Below, piece by piece: positions 1 to 12,309 of a stretch of 64,000 bases of DNA. The stretch spans positions 62,001-126,000 of the forward strand of contig CBFFRP010000141.1 of the NCBI GenBank assembly GCA_965644295.1, given 5' to 3'. The DNA is from Paraphysomonas bandaiensis (lineage: Eukaryota; Protista; Chrysophyceae). Every line of letters starts with the position of its first letter. The stretch's first letter is position 1. Under the pieces are notes generated by a model that saw only the letters and a list, made by a program, of their open reading frames with translations, was not told the origin of the DNA and searched no databases. A program made the translations under genes and the position numbers.

Positions 1-1725
1 ATAGTGATATATAGTGATATGGTATAGTAGTGGTATATAGTGAGATGGTATAGTGGTATATAGTGGGATGGTATAGTGGTGAATAGTAATATGGTATAGG
101 GATGTATAGTGAGATGGTATATTAGCATAGTTAGATGGATAGTGATATATAGTTAGATGGTACAGTGGTTGTATAGTGAGATGGTATAGTGGTATATAGT
201 GAGATAGTATAGTGGCATATGGTGAGATGGTATAGTGATGTATAGTGAGATGGTATAGTGGTATAATATAGTGATGTATAGTGAGGTAGTATATGGGTGT
301 ATAGTGAAATATAAAAGAATATCTGATTATTACATGAGAACGGTTGCGTACAGAAACTAGTTTTACATCTATAGAATAACTAATAACTCGACTTACTATA
401 TACTACTAGTGGCGGGCTACCGTCTCGGGACTGCTTGTGCATCGCTGCGAGCACCATGGTTCAACCGTCCCTTGCAGTGAGGTTAATCGGGGGGTCTGCC
501 TTTGGGCAGTGTGTCTGCCGGGCCTGTATCGTGAGTTTTACGGGGGATGGTTGGGGCTAGATGTATATGAGAGTGTAAGTCGGTGGTGTAGATGGTGCTC
601 GTTGTCGAGGTGGGATTTCGACCACAAGTAAGGAGGAATTGTTTCCGGAGTGGTGGTGCTTGTCTCTGTCGGGTTCGGACTCTTGCAGCGGATAGAATTC
701 TTGGGGTGGATGTCGCTAGGAGTAGTTGGAGTATTTTTGGTGTCGGGTGAGTATCCTGCGACGGGCGTTGCTGTGAGTGTGGTGGGGTCGTAATCGGTGT
801 TACTGATGCCGTGTCTGTGTTGTGATGTCTGAGACCTCTGTTTCGAAGCATGCGGAGCCCTCCACCATATAGGGGAAGGAGGATAGAGGTTACGGATTTT
901 TCGAGAACGTGGAACTGATGTTCGAGCAGTGAGCTGGATATGTGGCGTCCGAATGCGTCGGTCAATTGTGTGGCAGTAATGTGGCCGGTCCAGTAGCGCT
1001 CAACCTGGGATGTGTGTGGATTCCATGCGGCTTTTGCTAGTTTGATTATGGCGGTGTGAAACCAGGGATGGGGGAGCGTGCGTGTGCGAAGTTTGTCGAA
1101 CTTGTTGTGGTGTGCTTGGTGAACATCTTCACGTATGTGAGTGAGGTCCGGGTGTGTGCAGGTGAGAAACATGTGTGCCATGTTGTCGATTGGGAGTGCA
1201 CAGTCTGCGCATGCTGAGGCCGTTGTTATGTGATCAGGCCCGGTTTTTCCTTTGGCTTGGTTTCTGCCCATCGCGCATGATTTGTCCCATACGTAGATGT
1301 ATAGTGAAATGGTATATGGGTGTATAGTGAGATAGTGTAGTGATGTATAGTTAGGTGGTATAGTGGTATACAGTAGATGGTATAGTGGTATAATATAGTG
1401 GGATGGTATAGTGATGCATAGTAATATGGTATGGGTGTATAGTGAGATGGTATATGGGTGTGAGATGGTATATGGGTGTATAGTGAGATAGTGTAGTGAT
1501 GTATAGTTAGGTGGTATAGTGGTATACAGTAGATGGTATAGTGGTATAATATAGTGGGATGGTATAGTGATGCATAGTAATATGGTATGGGTGTATAGTG
1601 AGATGGTATATGGGTGTGAGATGGTATATGGGTGTATAGTGAGATGGTATGTGGGTGTATTCTGAGATGGTATAGTGATGTTTAGTGAGATGGTAAAGTG
1701 GTGTATAGTGAGATGGTTATAGTTC
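1..1725. repeat. Degenerate low-complexity satellite (GTATAGTGAGATG-like units, nearly C-free on +), interrupted by a LINE fragment at 311-1297
   Basis: Recurrent gtatagtg/gagatggta units at 1-310 and 1298-1725. A 156-bp tandem duplication at ~1309-1464/1465-1620 shows up as a 52-aa repeat in the 483..1727 ORF. Confidence 0.9.
311..1297 (-). mobile_element. 5'-truncated non-LTR retrotransposon (LINE) 3' end: CCHC zinc knuckle, ORF C-terminus and 3' UTR
   Basis: ORF segment CADCALPIDNMAHMFLTC (Cx2Cx8Hx4C), ending PKGRPPD*. Family 3' stem-loop at 432-453. 13-bp TSD TGTATAGTGAAAT at 298-310 and 1298-1310. Confidence 0.8.
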
Positions 1726-2014
1726 ATACTTGTGAACTGTATGTAATATATATGTGTAGTCGGTGACTTTTATTGCTGTAAAACTGAAGTAATATGGAAG
1801 AAATTAGTAAAAAATATTATAAATAATACTTTTCATACTGTTATTATCTTCATAGTTACTTATTGTGCATAGTTATACCCTTTTCCAACCATCATCAAAA
1901 ATTTCACCAGGTTTTACATCAAAACCCAGGTTTTGGTATTACCTCGACTTTACATTAATTCTAACTCTTACATTCACAGTCTATTTCAGTTTCTCACTAC
2001 TATTATTCCTATCA

Positions 2015-2574
2015 ATGGAAACTCCCAAGGGTGCTACGATTACTAGGAGTCCACAGGCGACCCGAGACTGGACCACCGCCCACCGTACACACGAACCCCA
2101 CCACTCATACACACAGGAACATATCACCGTCCCGCATGAAACCTTCAGGCCCTCGACAACGTACTGGAACCCTACCTATGCATGAGGCCCAAACGGTGCA
2201 CTGATACAACGCCACATTCCACCTCACCACACACCTCTCAGCACACACATCTAGCACTCGGTGCACTCAAGACCTTAATACAGATCCCTGTACCTCAGAT
2301 CTCATACCGAGGGGAGACCCCCTGATAACACGCACCAGTGAGTCCTAGGACACACGATCATGGCGAACCTCGCAATCAACATCAAGAAAGGAAGTGGTCG
2401 CACCTTGGTGCTTGCGGCGACGCACAAGCAGGTTCTGTAGCGCTAAATAGTAGGATAATAGAATTTGTACTGATTAGTTACGGGTAGAGGCCTAAATAGT
2501 ATGTCTAGCATTCAACTAGCCACTACATTCGTGCAGGTTTTTAACGCCTACTGCAAATTATAAGACTTTCAATA
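2015..2574 (+). mobile_element. 5'-truncated LINE 3' end, same family
   Basis: EGRPPD-coding segment at ~2308-2325. Stem-loop TGCTTGCGGCGACGCACAAGCA at 2409-2430, then TAGCGCTAAATAGTAGGATA. TSD TATTATTCCTATCA (2001-2014) vs TATCATTCCTATCA (2575-2588). Confidence 0.75.
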
Positions 2575-2850
2575 TATCATTCCTATCATATCATTGATCC
2601 CCATATCATTATTAACGACTACTGTATTCTTCGAGTAACGGTCACAATTGAAATCTTAGAAACACTACTTTTAATTGTTCACAAACAGCAAAACTCAACA
2701 CAACTTTCATCGCTTAAGCGTAGTAATTAATTATCTAGTCAAATCTACCACATATCGATTTGACAATCAAGACACAGCGTTGCATGTCAATGAAATTCCA
2801 ACCTCAAACTTAATCCAAGACATATGCAACATACTAACTCAATTAACGCA

Positions 2851-5800
2851 TTAATAAAGGCTTCCCATGGCTGCCTCCTGTTTCGCTAGCTCCAACAACA
2901 TGGGGTCGTCAAAGTACTTGTTTATACTTACGTCCTAATATATCAATCGTCAGCAACATATTTTGACAGCAATGCTCCAGAAATTAATACTACACATCAT
3001 TCGCGAAACATACCTCACTGAGACCCTTTCTTCGTCGCGTCTTGACCATAAAGTCTCTGGCCAAAGCAGGGGGGGGAGAGGGCTCAAGTGGGTGCAAAAT
3101 TACATTGCGATCCAGTGGGTCGCCTGGAACAACAGCCCAATGATCGAACACCTATTCCACAGAACAAACGAAATCAATTAAGGTACTAACATATTCAACA
3201 GAATTCTACCACACTTGTTCAAGGTAAACTTATACCACTATCAATAATAAAAAAGGAAATTACCTGTTGGCAGAAGGCTTGTCCTTGGGTATAAGACCGC
3301 AGATCAGTTTCAAAACCAAAGCTGAAATATATTATTAATTGATGACACGAACAAATAATTGTGTCTCCTCACCTGTCCATCACTGGAATATAGGCCTTGA
3401 TTGTGTAGAATGGAGCCCCCGGCTTCGGGGCGTCCTGCACAACATGTCCACGACGCCTGGCAAGAACAGGGTAGACAGCTTGAACACAGTCAGCTGGGGC
3501 TTGAATCTCCACCAAATACATGGGCTCCATCAGCCGCGGTGCTGCCATCAAAAATGACGAGTAGGCAGAGCGACGAGACGTGGGGATTATCTGCCCACCC
3601 CCTCGGTGCAGAGGCTCTGGTGCAATAGTGGCATCCAAAATCTTAAATTTTGTGTTCCGGACAGGCTCATCACACAGTGGCCCTTCTCTGCATCCCCACT
3701 TGAAACCCTGTACAACACTGTCTTTAATACTATTGAGCAAACCCTTGTCAACTTCAGAGGGTAAAGTGTCGTCAACTAATATATTAGGGCCACAATCCCC
3801 TGGCCCAAAAGCCCATATGGAACGTGCTGACAGCAAATCCCAGTTGTATTTGCTCTGGAAAAAATTCCCGATACTTTTTCTGTCCCAATCTATACTTACT
3901 GCTTGGGTTTCTATATCATACGCAAGTCCTTCCTCCATTGGTTCAGCAAGCATGGTTATGCGATTGCGTTTGTTGGGTGTCTCAGAAAAGCATTTAATTG
4001 AGGACGATTCTACAACTGTCTCACAAAATGCAGCAACTGGATCCGCGACCTTGACCTCAATATCACTATAGAGGTGACGAAGATCGTGCATCACACAGTC
4101 CATACAAAGTTCCCCTGAAATTGTGTAAATGTTCTGCAACGACGACACATATACTCCTCACCTGAGCCGAGAATTACATGCTCACCGCTCTCCTCTACTT
4201 TTGTGGTGACAGAAGGGTAGCTTTTATTTACGCGTCGCAAAGCCTCGACCATTTTCGGCAATTCGGACGGCTTGAGTGGTTCAACTGCCAATTTCATCGT
4301 AGGAGACGCATCAAAAGAAAGCGGACGAAATATGGCGATGTCCTCAGTTCTGGCATCAGTGATAGTGGCTGTCTTCTTGATTGGGGCATCCACTCCCTCA
4401 ATGAGAACCCAGTTTCCGGCTTTAGCGCTGTTTACTTCGATAGAAAAACGGCCAGCACCTAAATAGGGTCACAAATTACGTGATATATACAATTAACAAG
4501 ACGACTTACCAACATAGAGTGACCCTACTTCCAGTATAGCCATGTCCTCCTCGTCTTCTTGTGTATATGCCTCCCCTACATGGCACCGTATATGTGTTAC
4601 AAATAGAAATGTACAAACACACAAAATAAACCCACACCTAGCACTTTGACTTGCTGGCCTGAGCGAATGGTTCCGGAGTACACTCTCCCTGATGAACGAT
4701 TTTAGGATGCAAATTCAGTAGATTAGTCCATGTACATACCCAGTGATAAAAATCGACTTCCATCAGGAGTATTGAAAAGCTTTACGACATTAACCACAAG
4801 AGGAGCAGTGGGATCGCACTTTCTGATCCCAACAGCAGCTTCAGATGAGTTGTATCCGGTGTAGTTTAGTGATAATTTGTTGTCCGCTGCATGGACAGGG
4901 GACGGCACGTGACGGACAACCATGTCGACAAATCCTCGAGGGTATCCAAAAAAACGAGACATAACAACACGTAGAAGAGGCTTCGGATCCATATGAACCT
5001 CCCTGTGCTTAAGAGGAACGCCAAGTCGTTTTAGAGTTTTAACCAGTTCGGCTGGGTCCTCGCCGATGACCTACAAGATAAGTCAGCAAGCTTGGGGAAA
5101 TTATATGTCGTACCTGTGAGTAAATTTTGTACACGGGCTCCAGTACGAACTGTACAAATGTCCGCGCACAAGCGGGGTGTGGTTTCTGTTTGGTAAATGC
5201 TTTTTTCTCGTCATCAAAGTACCACTCTCCCCAAAGTCTCTTGCCCATAGCATGAGGATCAATGTCTGCACCCCTCCTGAAACGAGTAGCATATATGGAG
5301 GCAAAGGAGAGGAGACTAAAGCTCCAACCATGCTCTGCAGATGCAAATATAACATTGTTAAGCTCAGGACTAAGCCGTTGTGCCTCGCCGGCTGATGAAG
5401 GCTGCAGATTCGCAGCTATGATTCCGTTCACTTCCTCAATGGTATGCGTGAGCTTGTAGTATGCATCTTGGGGAGGTAGCTTCAACTCAAGAATAAGGCG
5501 GTCGACCTTGTTGATAACCTGTACAACACCAATGTGTAAGAGTAATATAAGTGCACAAGGCATTAAAATATAGTATGGTGTGTAGTGGGGCTCACCAGCG
5601 TTATAGGAACCCTTGCCAGCATTGCCTGTTTGATTAGACGCTCAGTATTCATCATGACTCCTTCAACAGCATCCACAACGACGACAGCCCCATCTGCAGC
5701 GTGCAAAGCTGCAGTGGACTCATCTGAAAAATTAACATGCCCGGGACAGTCTAACATGTTCAGCAGGTAAGACTTTCCGTGCATGTCTTCCATAACCAGA

Positions 5801-6378
5801 GAGACGGCAGTCGATTTCACACTGAGCTCTCTCTCCTGCTCGTCTTTGCGACTGTCAGTGTACCGAATATTTTTCGTTGGGTCCCAGGGCTTTTCATGGG
5901 TGGACTGTATTAAAGTATCCAAAAACATTGTCTTTCCGTGGTGAAAGTTACCCAAAACAGCGATATTGCGTATCAACAACGGCGTATTCATCAGTGACGC
6001 TAAAAACTCCGTGCTGTACTGCAACGCAGGTTGATCTTTCTCCAATACAGAAAAATTTTTGGTGCGAATCGGCTTTATGATAGGCTCTTCAATATCCTGT
6101 GCATCCTCATCGAGCGTAACAGTGCGTACACCGGGAAACACCTCCTCTGCATCCGGATAATACTTCTTATCTTCATGAAGAACGATTCGATTCTCATCAA
6201 CTTCCATATGATTACCATCAACTATAGCCACCTGACCACCGGACTCATCAACATCCATATCCATGTCATCTGCATCTCCCGCATCCCTGTCATCAACACC
6301 GAAGTCGTCCTCCTCATCGCTGTCGTCTAATTCAGGTCCGATATAGTTACCAAACTCATCATATAAATTATCATCCAT
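2851..6378 (-). CDS. EFTUD2: U5 snRNP 116-kDa GTPase (Snu114/EFTUD2), multi-exon
   Basis: Diagnostic N-terminus [18 protein letters not shown]-motifs HHGKT/DCPGH/NKVD, EF-G domain IV/V segments [15 protein letters not shown] and LMEP. GT-AG introns checked at 5595-5519, 5113-5071 and 4161-4115. Stop at 2851-2853. Confidence 0.97.
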
Positions 6379-7214
6379 CTTCACTATACAGGGGACTGAC
6401 TGGTTAATGAGCAACCTCTTGAACTGAACGATGAGAGGTGTGATATAGAGATGAGGAGGGTGTGGTGTGCAGAGATTAACACCTACACGCATACATATAC
6501 GGCAGTATATGGTATACTGTACACATTGCAGCACATACGCAGCTGTTCGAGACTATTGCAGTACCATATACTGCTGCATACGGCACACTATACTACCATA
6601 CTCGTACGAACAAGCGGAGTATGTATGTTATTTTATGGGATGGATATGTACCACACACAGCATACCGCATACTACACCCTATCAGATATGTGATGCTGCT
6701 GATGGTGATGTAGAACAACCCGAATATAGTCCAAACGGATAGCGTGTTCGGGCAAGACAAGTGCTTGTGGGCCGGTTGTGTCCTCCTCAGAGATGTTGCG
6801 TCCCACATATCCTCCGGCCATATCAAATTGCAGTAGATATGGACATGCAGATAACCTCTCGTACTGACATTACTGTATCCATATGATCAGCATGCAAGAT
6901 TATCTCATACACTGTTACTTATCAATCTATGAAATTAGTAAAGTCAGCAAGTGTATTATATTACTGTGTTTGAACAAATAGTGAGCCAGTTCAGTATTTA
7001 GGCCTGAATGCAATATAATTTAAGGGTTCAAAGTGCAAATGCTCAAATTATTTTACACAGAAAACCAAATATCTAACAAATAATTGTATTATGTTGAGAG
7101 CAGTTTAATTTGCTATTTCTAAACTGTTACAATGCAGTATAGAAGCTGTTGCATGAGACGTAAAAAATGCATTTACTTTTCCTACTGCTACGAAGTGGCA
7201 TTTACTAGTGAACC

Positions 7215-7692
7215 CAGGGATAGAGAACAATATATTGCAATACGATTGTTAGGTAGCATTCCATCAATAGCATTGATGGATTTTTTAAACCGGCCCTACA
7301 ATACTATTTCAATATATTGCAATATATTAGTATGACTAATCAGTAAGTAAACACATCTGTAGTTTTCATTTTTAGTACTTGCCATTATAAGGCAGGTCTA
7401 AGGTCACTTGATAATCAAACCCACTACTCTTAACTAATTAAAAGTTTCCTCATACTCATCCTCTGAGCCATCATCGGTGACATCATCACCATATTCATTC
7501 AATATTGATTGAAATATGCACCCCACAGTTAAGAATCTTCTCTTATATGACTATCATAATATTGATTGCAATATATTGCAATAGTATTGTGAGCTCTTTT
7601 AACGGAAACACTATTGATGAAATATTTGACCAGTCCACCAATCAATATATTTTACAATATATTGCAATACAATATATTGTTCCTTATCCCTG
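7215..7692. mobile_element. Non-autonomous hAT-type MITE (478 bp)
   Basis: TIRs CAGGGATAGAGAACAATATATTG / CAATATATTGTTCCTTATCCCTG. 8-bp TSD AGTGAACC (7207-7214) vs AGTGAATC (7693-7700). Many internal CAATATATTG motifs. Confidence 0.85.
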
Positions 7693-7907
7693 AGTGAATC
7701 CATAATTTCTTAGGAAAGAAACGTAGTATTTATCTTCACCGCAGCGTCGAAGTAAAGAAATGGAAGTATGAAACTACATTACGATTAAGAACTGACATTG
7801 AAAATAAGACATATCACAGAGCTAACAATAATTTACATAGCAAAATTCGTTTCGTTAAGGTACAGAAACACCAATCGCAGGAAACTATACAGGCGGTAGG
7901 TATGACC

Positions 7908-9917
7908 CTACAGAGATATCGGCGATGTCCTCGTACTATTCGATGTGTTCAATGGCGTTGAATTCGCTTTCTGCCTACTGCCAGATTTACTGCTTACTCC
8001 TGTTCCTTTTCCCGTAAACATGTCTGGAAGAGCAGATATACGAGATATTGCAGCTGCTGAGACAGCCTGACGATCAGCTATTTCTACGCCTTCACTACTA
8101 CTTTGCTGTGTACGAGGGGAATTGGTTGTGGGCGCATGCCCTGTCGTCATAGAGCGTCCACTGTATGCAGCGGTGGATGAAGCCAAACCTACAGTTGCCA
8201 TCACTTTATCAACAGATGCTCGGTCCAGCTGCATGCTCTGTAGGTAGTGTGAAAAGACAGGCATGTTCTGCAAAGCCCTTAGGAGTATAAAAGAGAGCGC
8301 CCCTTCGCAGATGATACAAAAACAGACGACAAAGCCACCCCACATATGCAGGCTCGAAGCTTCCTTCCATGGTCGTCCCCCCGAAGCCAGGCTTGCTATC
8401 ACTAACCGTCTAGCAGTAACTAATCCAGTCAAAGTAAGGCTGTCGATGATACACAGGAAAATAGCATAAACGGAGGAGAGAGCAACAACGCAGGCACAAT
8501 CCAGTTGCGAGCTCCTGAGATCGGTGAGCCACTCACATCTCACTGCAGCTACCGAAGATGCCGCCAGCACCAACATCAGAACTCGCGGCAGTAGGCCCTG
8601 AAGAAATCCCAGAACAGACCACTCTAAAAAAAAGTAAGGCACCAGCACTACAGTGATGAATGCCAACACGATAGTTACAATTTTTAGTCGTAGAAAAACG
8701 AGTAAAGAGTTTTCTGGAACAAAATCCCTCAGATCTTCCTGAGAAAATTGTAGAGAGTACCCAGGAAAACGCCATACCAACAGATTTCGAGACAGTATCC
8801 AGAATATGGCCAGCCCAGCAGCAAGCACTGGGGGTGTTATCCACGATAGCATACCCCAAGCAAGTGGAAAGCCCACTATTATACCCGCCAAATGACCCGT
8901 CAGAGAAGACCGGGGCAAGATAAACTTAGTGGCTACTAATAGCACAAAAGGCCCAAGATTAACTGGAAGAGTTGGTACCCAGGATGGGATGGGGAGTATG
9001 TAAGTAGAAAAACAAAGGGAGGGCATGAAGAAAAGTGGACAGTATTTCTCCATCCGCACAGCGGCCGCCACCATCCACGCAAATAGTACGCAGGAGAAAC
9101 CAACAGCTTGCTGTGAAATCAAATGTTGTTTATTGAATCGATAGATAAGAACATGGTACATTCCACAGCAGACAACCATGGTTAGCACCACCAGATCAGC
9201 ATTTAAATAGGCGAAAGTCGCTGACCCATATACTTCCTCCAGCTCCCCGAGTTGATACAGCGACATCACGTTGAAGCCGATATGCAGCAGATCAAAGTGT
9301 GAAAATGAAGCAGAAATAGCCCGCCAGTATTCTCCACTGACGACAACAGAGTCGTAACTGAAAGACACTAGCGACACATCTGTTCGATTAGACCAGAGCT
9401 GATAGAACACAAAAATCAGGAATGCGCACAGCACCGCAGCTACCGGTCGGCTACTCAAAACCTCCAGGTTACTACGTCGGGTTGGAGGCACCAGAGGAGA
9501 ACTATCCGCCAGCGACCCTTGACAGTGATGCACAACTAAGGAATCCGTTTCTCCGCTCTCGATATTCGCCCAACTGTGAGGAGGGGGGGTAAATATGTAT
9601 TGCAAGGAGTCTTTTGTCGTGCTGCGGTATACTTTTCGTCGATGAGGTGACAGTGCAAATATTCCCCAGTCATGTTTGTCCTGAGCGATGACATACGTGT
9701 CACTGGACCAGCTATGATGTAAGTCATATATGTGATAAAGATCAGGCGTTGTTCCTAAATAGCCGCCACGCTTAATATACACTCCTCCAGTCGCTACATA
9801 ATATCCATCTACATCACTCTTACTGGCACTCTCAATCACACAGCTGACATGATCTTGTAATGACTGCCATACCACTAAATGTAAAGCAACACACGCAACT
9901 ACTAGATATCTAATCAT
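7908..9917 (-). CDS. Rhomboid-family intramembrane serine protease with N-terminal signal/soluble domain and extra C-terminal TM helices
   Basis: Single 669-aa ORF with motifs EYWR, HFDLLHIGFN, catalytic GFS (AVGFSCVLF) and GHLAG. Confidence 0.9.
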   Translation of the reverse strand: MIRYLVVACVALHLVVWQSLQDHVSCVIESASKSDVDGYYVATGGVYIKRGGYLGTTPDLYHIYDLHHSWSSDTYVIAQDKHDWGIFALSPHRRKVYRSTTKDSLQYIFTPPPHSWANIESGETDSLVVHHCQGSLADSSPLVPPTRRSNLEVLSSRPVAAVLCAFLIFVFYQLWSNRTDVSLVSFSYDSVVVSGEYWRAISASFSHFDLLHIGFNVMSLYQLGELEEVYGSATFAYLNADLVVLTMVVCCGMYHVLIYRFNKQHLISQQAVGFSCVLFAWMVAAAVRMEKYCPLFFMPSLCFSTYILPIPSWVPTLPVNLGPFVLLVATKFILPRSSLTGHLAGIIVGFPLAWGMLSWITPPVLAAGLAIFWILSRNLLVWRFPGYSLQFSQEDLRDFVPENSLLVFLRLKIVTIVLAFITVVLVPYFFLEWSVLGFLQGLLPRVLMLVLAASSVAAVRCEWLTDLRSSQLDCACVVALSSVYAIFLCIIDSLTLTGLVTARRLVIASLASGGRPWKEASSLHMWGGFVVCFCIICEGALSFILLRALQNMPVFSHYLQSMQLDRASVDKVMATVGLASSTAAYSGRSMTTGHAPTTNSPRTQQSSSEGVEIADRQAVSAAAISRISALPDMFTGKGTGVSSKSGSRQKANSTPLNTSNSTRTSPISL

Positions 9918-10329
9918 AGAGGCACTCGATATCGCCCAGCACAGATATCTCCGTCACGTTTAATCGACTGGTGTGTGTAGTGGGCTGTGCTCTATTCACA
10001 TATACACACATGCACAGCTGATCGTAGCTGTCATTTCGCAGTACAACAAAGTATACATGTATACCACTGTACTACGAAGTAGTATATCCAGGCTGCAGTG
10101 CTGTGCGGTATGGGAGCATATCGTATACCGGTACAGTATAGTGTTGCTGTACGGTGTAGTGCAGTGTGCGCGATTGATTCCTGTGAGTATCTACACATCG
10201 CTCACATTATAAACTATACCCTTACCACACTCTTCCAGGCATCAGCAAGTGCTATTTCTTGGCTTAGTCTTCATGTGCTTGGTTCTGATGGGGTGAGGTC
10301 GCTTCAAGGGTCTCGTTGTGTATTAGAAT

Positions 10330-11297
10330 ATGGTACTCTCCGTTATGTGTGTTTAGCTATATGTTTGATCGCTCTTATGCTTATGGTTGCAGTTTTCTCT
10401 TTTTTCTGGCCTTTGGCAATATTTTTTTGCCCCTCAGAATTACCATGTGCTAATAATCGGTTTGGATAATGCTGGAAAGACGGTAGAATGAGGTCGAGTT
10501 GGTGTACTTGTATCTGATAGATGTCTATATTTTTCATAGACGTTACTGGAAACCATTAAATCAAAGTATGGTCAGCATGGCCTTCCTCCTGAGAAAATTG
10601 CCCCGACAATCGGAATGAATCGTAAGTGGATTTTGATGATATGTCGTTGCTAACACCAGCATTTTAGTTGCGAAGATAAGACACCGCGGCTCCCAGGTTA
10701 TATTCTGGGATTTAGGAGGTCAGGTATAAGAACTATATGTTTGAATGGTTACCGGTGCTTTACGAACGCGTAGGCGCGAATGCGATCGATGTGGGAGAAG
10801 TACTACACTGAGGCCAACGCTGTCGTTTTTGTGGTTGACTCTGCAGATGTTAGTCGGCTCGAGGAAGCGAAGGTTGCTTTTGGTGAGACCAGTGATGCAT
10901 ACTAACTGAATTCTAATGCTGATATAAGATGGCGTTTTGGACGATGAACCGCTAACCTCCTCCAACACCCCCGTGATAACGTTTGCGAACAAGCAAGATC
11001 TTGAGGTTTTGGACACAGTACTGATGTCAATATATCTGAATGTTTGTGTCTTAAGGATGCTCTCTCTGCTGGAGACCTCGTACTTAATTTTTATGCGGAT
11101 CGTCATAGGAGTAGTGGAAGGATAATGGAAGGGGGCAGCGATCGACCGTGCGTTTTTGCTGTTAGTGCAATAACATGGTAAATGCAATATCCATCTCTCT
11201 GTATTGTTTATATGATACCTTCTGCAGTGAAGGGATAGACAACGCTCTCTCAGCAGTCATAGATGCGGCGCGATGGCATAAACAACGTAGTAGATAA
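10330..11297 (+). CDS. ARFRP1: ARF-related GTPase ARFRP1/Arl3p-like, multi-exon (not resolved in the ORF track)
   Basis: Spliced reading: ATG|intron|FSLFSGLWQYFFAPQNYHVLIIGLDNAGKT ... GLPPEKIAPTIGMN ... FWDLGGQ ... IWEKYYTEANAVVFVVDSAD ... FANKQD. Stop TAA at 11295-11297. Confidence 0.85.
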
Positions 11298-12309
11298 AAC
11301 CTTATTTAGCTGGTTTCTTCGTTTGACTTCTATTATCAAAATTGAGGTGTTTATATTGGTGGATATTATTCTGTTGCTGTGGATAGAACCATCTTTTTAA
11401 TAGTTAATGTCTTTCTGAGATGGAAGAGGCTAACTTTCGTAATTAGAGCGCACACATTGTGTTCTGCGAATATACTTTAAATTGTACACTGCAAAGGAGT
11501 TAGTGTAGAATGCAAAATTATTATGCGACAGAGCTGCGCAACATGTAATTATTTTCGTTCCAATTAATTGATATTTTGCACCCTACAGTTGAGAAGCTTT
11601 CTGTATTGCAATACAATAGTTGATATATTGATCCCTGTCCCTGATTGATACGCAGTCCTGATTCCTGATACATAAAGCACGCACCATATGACGTCGAATC
11701 AAGAATCAAGGGGCTCCATAGATACTTAGCAGCTTCCCTTAACAGGGCTATAGTAACTAGTAACATAGAACAGAGTTACAAAGTATATAATATTATAAAC
11801 TGTATTAAATACTAAATACTGGGGACCATGCTATTTATAATTCATAATGGGATATATGAAACCAATACGGAGCAATATAAAAAAGTAAATGTCGTCGTTG
11901 TTCGTAGAGTAGCTAGGCAATGTAGCGTAGTGAGCTTTCTTATGTGATGTGATATCGCATCGTTTCGGTAAAACTTCATTAGTAGCCGCTATTAATTGAA
12001 AGGAGCGACTAAACTATTGCTTCTTACTGAATAGTAACACCGTAATGCATTTCCAAGAGCTACAACATACACAATACAAGTAATTCCTTGTCGGCTACTA
12101 TGCTCTGCACAAGAGATGGCATCACTGTATGATATGTAATATATATTGTAATGTGTAATATCCAATATGAGATGTAACAACAAACACCAGAATGGCAAAA
12201 AACCAGTGATTATTAAGTATGAAGATCCATAAGGAAACAGTCAATATAACAACCTCTTGATATTGCCATGCAATTAATCCACTTCTTGCGAAAAAGTATG
12301 CAGGACCAC

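Noticed and set aside
1-310. Telomeric repeat
   Set aside because: Units are irregular, and the G-rich strand is on + at the left end, the wrong polarity for a left telomere.
483-1727. 414-aa ORF taken as a single gene
   Set aside because: It is chimeric: the N-terminal third is translated satellite and the rest is a truncated LINE C-terminus bounded by TSDs.
4091-4165. Apparent frameshift between overlapping EFTUD2 ORFs
   Set aside because: Explained by a canonical 47-nt GT-AG intron (4161-4115). No recoding is needed.
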